Assembly (NCBI GenBank): GCA_963829755.1
Contig: CAWHJV010000015.1
Span: forward strand, 150,758 to 174,757
Reading direction: 5' to 3'
Source of the DNA: an uncultured Pseudomonadota bacterium
GTDB taxonomy: Bacteria > Pseudomonadota > Alphaproteobacteria > Rhizobiales > Xanthobacteraceae
Length of the DNA stretch: 24,000 nt
Shown here: positions 17,711-24,000 of the stretch, one piece after another
Layout of the letters: each line of letters starts with the position of its first letter
How positions within the stretch are numbered: the first letter of the stretch is position 1
Notes under the pieces: generated by a model
Told to the model about the DNA's origin: nothing
Database searches by the model: none
Seen by the model: only the letters and a program-made list of their open reading frames with translations
Program-made: the position numbers and the translations under genes

Positions 17711-18730
17711 TTAGTGGCGCCCCTCGTACAGGTCCCGGCCGCGCACCAGCGCCCGGATCTTGCCGTCCGCGATGCCGCGCTTCAGCATCCAGAAGCCGCA
17801 GTCGGGATGAATGTAGCGCACCCGGCCGGTCCCAAGGATCTTATCGGCGCGCTCGATAGCCCGCGCGATGCTGTCGGCCGACTCGATGACCGTCTGTTTG
17901 ATGTCGACGACGCCCAGGCCAAAGCCGATCTCCGGCCGCAGATCCTTGAATACTTCGAGTTCGTCGATCGGCCGATGCGCGTTTTCCATGACGATGTGAT
18001 CGACGTGCAAGGCGTTGAGATAGCCGATCAGCTGTCCCCAGCCGCCCTTCTGAATGGTCTGGCCACCGTAGTTGCCGAAGCACAGATGCACGGCCGGCGT
18101 GGTCGGGATGGCGCGCAACACGCGGTTCATCGCTTCCGCGGCCCATTCCCATTCCTCTGCATGCCCCGGCAGGTTGGCTTCATCCACCTGGATAACGTCG
18201 GCGTCGATGTGCTTGACCTGCTCGGCCAGCACGTCGGCAATCGCCAACGCCAGCTTGGCCGGGTCCTTGTAGTGCGCGTCGAGCAGCATCTTCGCCAGCA
18301 TATGCGGACCGGTCAGAGTAAATTTGAACGGACGGTTCGCTAGGCTCTGGGCGCGCGCGCAAGCCGACGGCAGATCGAGCGATCCGGGCCCGATCGGGCC
18401 CTCGACGACGCCCGGCGGCTTGGCGCGGAATTCCATGCCGGGCGTTTTTTTGAACGCGAGCCATTCCGCGAGCCCGACGTCGCGCCGGACGCCGGCAAGC
18501 GGCCGCACGAAGTACTCGATCATGCCGTTGGTCTCGGGATGATTGACATCGAAGCGGTAGAGCTCACCGTCGCAGACGAGATCGAGACCCGCTTGCTCTT
18601 GCGTATCGATGACGACACGCGTCGCGTCGATGATCGCCTGCTCGGACGGCAGGGCTACCAGCCAGTCGGGGACCGGATAGGAGCCGACTGTCGTGGTCAA
18701 GATACGACTTTGGGTTTTGGCAGCGTTCAT
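17711..18730 (-). CDS. Cobalamin-independent methionine synthase (MetE) C-terminal-domain-like, stand-alone Zn alkyltransferase family protein
   Basis: MNAAKTQSRILTTTVGSYPVPDWL... is followed by DLVCDGELYR, IQVDEANLPG, AVHLCFGNYGG (His-x-Cys), VMENAH (Glu) and IHPDCGFW (Cys), so the MetE-type Zn ligand pattern is retained. ATG 18730 is my preferred start; the track start GTG 18796 adds 22 poorly conserved residues. Confidence 0.85.
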   Translation of the reverse strand: MNAAKTQSRILTTTVGSYPVPDWLVALPSEQAIIDATRVVIDTQEQAGLDLVCDGELYRFDVNHPETNGMIEYFVRPLAGVRRDVGLAEWLAFKKTPGMEFRAKPPGVVEGPIGPGSLDLPSACARAQSLANRPFKFTLTGPHMLAKMLLDAHYKDPAKLALAIADVLAEQVKHIDADVIQVDEANLPGHAEEWEWAAEAMNRVLRAIPTTPAVHLCFGNYGGQTIQKGGWGQLIGYLNALHVDHIVMENAHRPIDELEVFKDLRPEIGFGLGVVDIKQTVIESADSIARAIERADKILGTGRVRYIHPDCGFWMLKRGIADGKIRALVRGRDLYEGRH

Positions 18731-18808
18731 TAGTGCGGCGTTTCCGTCGTTGCGTGCAACCGTCCGTTGCTGCCGGTACGGCAGGCGAACCGCCACTTCA
18801 TGGATATA

Positions 18809-18838
18809 ACCATACAGTTACTTCGTCGGACGAGTCAA
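18809..18838 (-). promoter_or_regulatory. Candidate sigma70-type promoter for the MetE-like operon
   Basis: The minus strand reads TTGACT (18838-18833), then 18 nt, then TATGGT (18814-18809), ~80 nt upstream of ATG 18730. This is a pattern match only. Confidence 0.3.
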
Positions 18839-18885
18839 ACGACGGCAATGCCTTTGACACGACCGTTCGCGTTCGGATTGGCTTC

Positions 18886-18914
18886 TTGATGTGCCGCCGA
18901 TGCTGCGTTAGTAT
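18886..18914 (+). promoter_or_regulatory. Candidate sigma70-type promoter for the epimerase-GNAT pair
   Basis: TTGATG (18886-18891), then 17 nt, then TAGTAT (18909-18914), ~110 nt upstream of ATG 19027. This is a pattern match only. Confidence 0.3.
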
Positions 18915-19026
18915 CCCGCGACAAAGTATCCAACCGGTTACCATTGCCAGCGCGCGCGCAGTTGCCGCTTCGGTGCGGTGCCGCCGGCTTCCCGACAGGT
19001 TTCACCAGACCCCATTAGCAGGACCC

Positions 19027-20079
19027 ATGCCTTCCAGCACAACCGTTGACCTCACCGTCGCCTGGCCCGCGCGCTTCGCTGACGAGGATCAGCTCGAAGA
19101 TTTCATGACCGAGCCTTCCCCGGCTGTGATTGCGGCGCTCGCGGACATTCCCGGCGATCTCATGATTCTCGGAATTGGTGGGAAAATGGGCCCGACACTG
19201 GCGCGGCTTGCGCGCCGGGCCGCGCCGGACAGGCGCATTTACGGGGTTGCGCGTTTCAGCGAGCCGGGCCTACGCGAGAAGCTCGAGGCGTGGGGTATCG
19301 AGTGCATCGCCGCCGATCTGCTCGACCGGGACGCGATCGCGCGCCTGCCGAAGGTGCCGAACGTCATCTTCATGGCCGGCCGCAAGTTCGGCACGAGCGG
19401 GCGCGAGGATTTGACGTGGGCCATGAACGTCATGGTCCCGGCGTTGGTGGCCGAGGCCTACAAGGACTCGCGCATCGTCGCCTTCTCGACCGGGAACGTC
19501 TATCCGTTCGTCAACATCCTGCATGGCGGCGCGACGGAGGCGACGCCCCCCGAGCCGCGCGGCACCTACGCCAGTTCATGCGTCGGCCGCGAACGGATGT
19601 TCGAATATTTCTCGCGTCAGTTCGGCACGCCGGGGCGTCTGATCCGGCTCAACTACGCGATCGATATGCGCTATGGCGTCTTGCACGACATCGCGCAGAA
19701 GGTGCTGGCCGGGCAGGACATCGATCTGACCGCCGGCCACACGAACGTCATTTGGCAGGGCGACGCCAACAGCATGGTCCTACGCGCGCTTGGTCACTGC
19801 ACGGCGCCGGCGCAGCCGCTCAACGTCAGCGGCCCGGAAATCGTGAGCACCCGGGGGCTCGCGGAGGCGTTCGGCAAGCGTTTCGGCAAGCCGCCGCGCT
19901 TCGTGAGCGAGGAAGCGCAGATGGGCTGGCTGGTCGACTCGTCGGAAGCGCACCGGCTGTTCGGGTATCCCAGCGTACCCCTTGCCCGCATGATCGACTG
20001 GGTCGCCGACTGGGTCAGCCGCGGCATGCGCAGCCTCGGCAAAGAAACGCACTTTGACAGCCGCGATGGCCGTTTCTGA
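19027..20079 (+). CDS. NAD-dependent epimerase/dehydratase (SDR-type) family protein
   Basis: MPSSTTVDLTVAWPARF...DLMILGIGGKMGPTLARLA carries a Rossmann glycine motif, and later FSTGNVYP...PRGTYASSCVGRERMFEY gives a YxxxC/K-like catalytic region. The track ORF from 18733 is extended upstream through sequence that looks non-coding. ATG 19027 is the first start consistent with the domain. Confidence 0.8.
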   Translation: MPSSTTVDLTVAWPARFADEDQLEDFMTEPSPAVIAALADIPGDLMILGIGGKMGPTLARLARRAAPDRRIYGVARFSEPGLREKLEAWGIECIAADLLDRDAIARLPKVPNVIFMAGRKFGTSGREDLTWAMNVMVPALVAEAYKDSRIVAFSTGNVYPFVNILHGGATEATPPEPRGTYASSCVGRERMFEYFSRQFGTPGRLIRLNYAIDMRYGVLHDIAQKVLAGQDIDLTAGHTNVIWQGDANSMVLRALGHCTAPAQPLNVSGPEIVSTRGLAEAFGKRFGKPPRFVSEEAQMGWLVDSSEAHRLFGYPSVPLARMIDWVADWVSRGMRSLGKETHFDSRDGRF

Positions 20080-20950
20080 TCGAACCCTGCCGCCCGGCAT
20101 CGGCGCGCGCGACCTCGGCGAAGACGACCTGGAGGCGGCCCTCGCCCTGTCGCGTGAAGCCGGCTGGAACCAGGTCGCCGCGGACTGGCGGATATTCCTG
20201 CAATTCGGCCAGGTAATCGGCCTCACGCGCGGCGACGGACCGCTGATCGCGACCGCCGCCATGCTGCCCCACGGCCGGGATTTCGCCTGGATCAGCATGG
20301 TTCTGGTCACCGTTGCAGAGCGGCGTCTGGGCCTCGCGCGCTGGCTGCTACGCCGCTGCGTCGATGAACTGGTGGCCCGCAATCTCGTGCCGCTGCTCGA
20401 CGCCACGCCGGCGGGCCGCACCGTCTACCTCAACCTGGGATTCCATGACTGCTGGACGATGCACCGGCTGGCGGCCACGGCGGTGCGGGATGCGCAGCCC
20501 GCCCTTGAACCGCCGGCGGCGACGATGCGCGCCATGGATGTGCGGGATTGGCCGGCGATCAAGGCCTATGACAGGACGGTGTTCGGCGCGGATCGCAGCG
20601 CGCTTCTGCGCCATCTCGCCGGACGTATGCCCGCCGCCGCTTTGGTCGCCGAGGAGCGGGGTCGGATCGTCGGCTATCTATTCGGGCGCGATGGCCGGAA
20701 TTTCAGTCAACTGGGGCCGTTGGTCGCCGGAACCGAACGCGTCGCGATCGACTTGCTGGCGCACGCACTCAACAGAATCCCCGGCCCGCTCGCCATCGAC
20801 CTTCCAGACCGCCATTCGGCGCTCGGCGCTTGGCTGAATGCACGCGGCTTCAAAGCAGAACGGCCGCTGACCCGGATGGTCTACGGCCGCTCCAAAAGCT
20901 TCGATGACTACGCGCAACTCTTCGCGATCGCAGGCCCTGAACTGGGCTGA
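20066..20950 (+). CDS. GNAT-family N-acetyltransferase (two-domain, YitH-like)
   Basis: MAVSDRTLPPGIGARDLGEDDLEAALALSREAGWNQVAADWRIFL...ISMVLVTVAERRLGLARWLLRRCVDEL contains the acetyl-CoA loop. The gene overlaps the epimerase gene's 3' end by 14 bp, which suggests coupled translation. An alternative TTG start lies at 20054. Confidence 0.8.
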   Translation: MAVSDRTLPPGIGARDLGEDDLEAALALSREAGWNQVAADWRIFLQFGQVIGLTRGDGPLIATAAMLPHGRDFAWISMVLVTVAERRLGLARWLLRRCVDELVARNLVPLLDATPAGRTVYLNLGFHDCWTMHRLAATAVRDAQPALEPPAATMRAMDVRDWPAIKAYDRTVFGADRSALLRHLAGRMPAAALVAEERGRIVGYLFGRDGRNFSQLGPLVAGTERVAIDLLAHALNRIPGPLAIDLPDRHSALGAWLNARGFKAERPLTRMVYGRSKSFDDYAQLFAIAGPELG

Positions 20951-20959
20951 TCGATCAGA

Positions 20960-21964
20960 TCACTCGAACGGAACGTCCTTCATCTTGATCGACTTATCGA
21001 GGAACGCGTTGGTGTAGTACTTGGTGACGTCGAACGACTTCCCGAGCCCGACGTAGTTCTTCACTAGGTCGTAGGTCTTCTTCATGCGCTCGGGCGAGAA
21101 CCAGCCGAGCGCCTGGGTCTGCGACGTCTTATCGCTCATCAGTTGCTCGACCAAGCGCCAGTTAGTCATCTGGACGTCGAACTTCAGACCGGAATTGGCG
21201 TCGATCAGCGCCTGGATGCACGGCTTGGCGTCGGCGACACAGGCCGCGAAGGCCTTCTGCGTCACCTTGACAAAGGCCGCCACCGTCGCGCGATGTGCCC
21301 TCAGGAACTTGCCGTTGACAACAATCGAATTGCCGTACGGATTGACGCCGGCGTTCTTCCACGCCAGGTACCCCATATCCTTGCCGAGCGCGTGCGCGTA
21401 CACCGCGTGCGTATTGTAGAATTCGGTCACCGCATCCACCGAATGCGCCTTAAGCGCCGCCAGCTTGGCGCCCGGGCTCACGTTCACCCAGGTGACTGAC
21501 TTGGGATCGATGCCATTCGCCTTCGCCAGCGCAGGCCACAGCGCGCGCGCCGCGTCACCGGGCGGATTGCCGATCTTCTTGCCGGCGAGATCCTTCACCG
21601 ACTTGATCCCCGAGCTCTTCAGCCAATAGAAGCCGCCCGGATAGTTTGCATACACGTTCATGACAGCCACTTCATCGGCCCCCTTGCCGATTGCGACTAG
21701 GACGGTGGACATGTCGGCGAGACCGAACGTGTGAGCGCCAACGCCTGTCGCTTGCGCCGCCACGGACGATCCTTTGCCTTGCAGGATGGTGAGATCGATG
21801 CCGGCCTTCTTATACCAACCCATTTTATGGGCGTAGTAGTATGGAGCATGATCTCCGCCGGCGACCCAGTTCAGGATGAACGACACGCGCTCGTTTGCGT
21901 GAGCCGCGCTGGCGAACGTTAGGGCCGCCGCAGCAGCAGCAATAACAGACAACCGCAATTTCAT
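20960..21964 (-). CDS. ABC transporter periplasmic substrate-binding protein, NMT1/THI5-like (NitT/TauT family)
   Basis: The signal peptide MKLRLSVIAAAAAALTFASAAHA is followed by VSFILNWVAGGDHAPYYYAHKMGWYKKAGIDLTILQGKGS, which is typical of aliphatic sulfonate/nitrate/pyrimidine-type binding proteins. Confidence 0.85.
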   Translation of the reverse strand: MKLRLSVIAAAAAALTFASAAHANERVSFILNWVAGGDHAPYYYAHKMGWYKKAGIDLTILQGKGSSVAAQATGVGAHTFGLADMSTVLVAIGKGADEVAVMNVYANYPGGFYWLKSSGIKSVKDLAGKKIGNPPGDAARALWPALAKANGIDPKSVTWVNVSPGAKLAALKAHSVDAVTEFYNTHAVYAHALGKDMGYLAWKNAGVNPYGNSIVVNGKFLRAHRATVAAFVKVTQKAFAACVADAKPCIQALIDANSGLKFDVQMTNWRLVEQLMSDKTSQTQALGWFSPERMKKTYDLVKNYVGLGKSFDVTKYYTNAFLDKSIKMKDVPFE

Positions 21965-22040
21965 GATGGCGTCTCCCTGGAAGATTGATTGTTACCGCGC
22001 CCGACGCCACATCTCCCATTGCGCAAGACGCCGGCTTCTA

Positions 22041-22056
22041 GTAACGGTTCGGTTAC
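22041..22056. promoter_or_regulatory. Inverted repeat GTAAC-N6-GTTAC in the SBP/TetR divergent intergenic region, a candidate operator
   Basis: gtaacggttcggttac has 5-bp inverted arms and lies 56 bp upstream of the TetR start, between divergent genes, where TetR operators usually sit. Confidence 0.3.
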
Positions 22057-22111
22057 ATCGAACGATAAGGAGCCCGATTACGCTTGTCAACTCGCGGCTC
22101 GGAGGTGCGCT

Positions 22112-22765
22112 TTGAAGTCACGCCGACCTCGTCAACCTGCGGCGACTCGCCGCCGCATCCTGAAGGCGGCAATGACCGAATTCGCAGCCAAGGGCCTCGC
22201 TGGCGCCCGCGTCGAAGAGATTGCGCGCCGCGCCTGCATCAACAAGCGCATGCTCTACCACTATTTCGGGAACAAGGAGGCGCTTTGGCTCGCGGTTCTT
22301 GAACAGGCGTATCAACACATCCGCGCCGAGGAGCAGAAACTCGACATCGCACACCTGTCGCCCGTCGAGGGAATGCGCCGCCTCATCGCATTCACGATCG
22401 GCTATAATCACACTCATCCCGAGTTCATACGTTTACTGCTGGGCGAAAACATGAATCGCGCACGCTTTCTGCGCCGATCCTCGCAAGTTCGCGAACTTCA
22501 CACGACTTTGCTCGATGTGATCGGCGACCTTCTCACGCGCGGACATCGCGCCGGCGTCTTTCGCAAGGGGGTCGATCCTGCAGAACTCTACATCACGATT
22601 GCGGCTCTCGGATTTTTCTATTTTTCCAACGTGCATACGTTGTCGACTATCTTCAGTCGCAACTTCAACTCGGCGACGGCGAGAGAGCAGCATATCGAAC
22701 ATGCAATTAAGGTCGTTCTTGGCTACCTCAGGCCGCAAACCGATGAGCGGAACCATGAACGGTAA
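22112..22765 (+). CDS. TetR/AcrR-family transcriptional regulator
   Basis: PAATRRRILKAAMTEFAAKGLAGARVEEIARRACINKRMLYHYFGNKEALWLAVLE is a TetR HTH. I prefer TTG 22112 as the start because GGAGG at 22101-22105 sits 6 nt upstream. The track start at 21989 would run into the divergent promoter region. Confidence 0.85.
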   Translation: MKSRRPRQPAATRRRILKAAMTEFAAKGLAGARVEEIARRACINKRMLYHYFGNKEALWLAVLEQAYQHIRAEEQKLDIAHLSPVEGMRRLIAFTIGYNHTHPEFIRLLLGENMNRARFLRRSSQVRELHTTLLDVIGDLLTRGHRAGVFRKGVDPAELYITIAALGFFYFSNVHTLSTIFSRNFNSATAREQHIEHAIKVVLGYLRPQTDERNHER

Positions 22766-22822
22766 AGGGCGCGGATGACACGAAAGGACGATCGCGCTTC
22801 GATCGCAAGGGAGACGACGTGA

Positions 22823-23884
22823 ATGAACCTAAGCTGGACTGATTGGCCGGACGACGTGCGAGCCGTGTTCCGGCGCGGCACGGCGATCCCGGCGCAGCTT
22901 CTGGCGCTCGATTCCCGTCGCCAGCTCGACGTTCGCCGGCAGCAGGCGCTCAGCCGCTATTATATCGACGCCGGCGTCGGCGGCCTAGCTGTCGGCGTCC
23001 ATTCGACCCAGTTTGCCATCCGCGATGTAGGTCTTTACGAACCGGTCCTGCGCATCGCCGTCGACACCGCGAACTCTTGGACCCGTCGTCCCCTCGTCCT
23101 GGTGGCCGGCATCGCAGGCCGGACCGAGCAGGCCCGACGCGAGGCGGAGGCGGCCGTCGGACTCGGTTATCACGCCGGCCTTCTGAGTCTCGCGGCCATG
23201 AAAGGCGCCAGCGAGGATGAACTGATTGCTCATTGCCAAGCGGTCGGTCGCGTGATTCCGCTCGTAGGCTTTTATCTGCAGCCCGCGGTCGGTGGCATCG
23301 CGCTCTCAGCGGACTTCTGGCGCCGCTTTGCCGAAATCGAGCAGGTTGTCGGGATCAAGATCGCGCCCTTCAACCGCTATCGGACCCTTGACGTGGTAAG
23401 AGGCGTCATCGACGCGCGCGCGGAAGACCGCGTCGCGCTCTATACCGGCAACGATGACAGCATCGTGCTCGATCTCATAACCCCCTTTGTCCTGCGCCGG
23501 GATGGGACTGACGTCGAGGTGCGGATTCGGGGCGGCCTCCTCGGCCATTGGAGCGTTTGGACCAAGGGGGCTGTCGATCTGTTCGAGCGGACAAGACGGG
23601 CCATCGAGGCAGGCACGATCGACGACGGTCTGCTGGCAACCGCCGCCCAGGTCACCGATTGCAACGCGGCATTTTTCGATGTTGCCAACGATTTCGCCGG
23701 CTGTATTGCCGGCTGCCATGAGGTGCTCCGGCGCCAAGGCTTGTTCGAAGGGATATGGTGCCTTGAGCCGAACGAAGGTCTAAGCCCTGGCCAGGCGGAG
23801 GCGATCGAGCGCGTGATGGCTCTTTATCCCGAACTCGGCGACGATGCCTTTGTCGCAGCAAACCGGGAGCGCTGGCTGTCATGA
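22823..23884 (+). CDS. Dihydrodipicolinate synthase (DHDPS)/class I aldolase-like family protein
   Basis: The 353-aa protein contains IPAQLLALDSRRQLDVRRQQALSRYYIDAGVGGLAVGVHSTQFAIRD and later VGIKIAPFNRY, which carries a candidate Schiff-base Lys. This resembles the divergent DHDPS-family proteins often found next to transporters. Confidence 0.65.
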   Translation: MNLSWTDWPDDVRAVFRRGTAIPAQLLALDSRRQLDVRRQQALSRYYIDAGVGGLAVGVHSTQFAIRDVGLYEPVLRIAVDTANSWTRRPLVLVAGIAGRTEQARREAEAAVGLGYHAGLLSLAAMKGASEDELIAHCQAVGRVIPLVGFYLQPAVGGIALSADFWRRFAEIEQVVGIKIAPFNRYRTLDVVRGVIDARAEDRVALYTGNDDSIVLDLITPFVLRRDGTDVEVRIRGGLLGHWSVWTKGAVDLFERTRRAIEAGTIDDGLLATAAQVTDCNAAFFDVANDFAGCIAGCHEVLRRQGLFEGIWCLEPNEGLSPGQAEAIERVMALYPELGDDAFVAANRERWLS

Positions 23885-24000
23885 CGACCAAAACACTCGG
23901 AACACGATTGCAGCGGCTGATACGTGCCGACACGGTCCGACGTTACGGATTGGCGATTTTGGCCCACGTGGTGGTGATCGCTATCTGGTACCTGTTCGTC
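23881..24000 (+). CDS. Probable ABC transporter permease, N-terminal fragment (runs off right edge)
   Basis: ATG 23881 overlaps the upstream stop (ATGA). The translation is MTTKTLGTRLQRLIRADTVRRYGLAILAHVVVIAIWYLFV, a basic N-terminus followed by a first TM helix as in NitT/TauT permeases. Too little sequence is present to be sure. Confidence 0.5.
   Translation, partial: MTTKTLGTRLQRLIRADTVRRYGLAILAHVVVIAIWYLFV

Noticed and set aside
18731-18900. SAM-II or cobalamin riboswitch ahead of the MetE-like gene.
   Set aside because: The leader is short (~70-80 nt from the candidate promoter), and I could not recognise a B12 box or the SAM-II pseudoknot consensus. It contains only a 6-bp hairpin.
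4384-19290. Many long ORFs in the track lie antisense or off-frame to the genes called here. Examples are 4384..5307(-), 5527..6438(-), 7639..8367(-), 10060..11058(+), 10496..11206(-), 13115..13912(-), 16121..17089(+), 17219..18343(+) and 19290..20057(+).
   Set aside because: Their translations are Arg/Ala/Gly/Pro-rich with no recognisable motifs. Each fully overlaps a frame with clear family signatures. They are the stop-poor shadow frames expected at ~64% GC.
20948-20957. Perfect 10-bp palindrome TGATCGATCA between the convergent GNAT and binding-protein genes, as a bidirectional terminator.
   Set aside because: It is too short and lacks a loop or a U-tract. It is largely explained by the GNAT stop codon lying in a 9-bp gap.

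Overview
This is a GC-rich (~64%) chromosomal segment. The protein sequences look alphaproteobacterial, Bradyrhizobium/Nitrobacter/Rhodopseudomonas-like; that is an impression from the sequences, not a search result. The window falls into two very different parts. In 1-14.6 kb most recognisable genes are broken: GH15 hydrolase, a DUF4396 membrane protein, an FNT-family channel, wrbA, cyoB/cyoC/cyoD of a cytochrome o ubiquinol oxidase operon, pqiA, and an IS21-family element next to an IS3 orfA remnant. I count at least 20 frame disruptions, one in-frame TAG and two internal deletions. A few genes among them still read cleanly: a CBS-pair protein, a sensor-less HisKA_2 kinase, cyoA and pqiB. 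In 14.9-24 kb all nine genes are intact. They are a MetE-like Zn methyltransferase / CrtI-like flavoprotein / Fe-alcohol dehydrogenase operon, a divergent epimerase-GNAT pair, a NitT/TauT-type binding protein, a TetR regulator, a DHDPS-like aldolase and the start of an ABC permease. I found no rRNA, tRNA, CRISPR array or recognisable defence system. The points most worth a second look are the sharply bounded decay tract, a compensated double frameshift in cyoC, and the uncharacterised MetE-like/CrtI-like/Fe-ADH locus. All homology calls rest on my recognition of motifs in the translations, and no database search was run.
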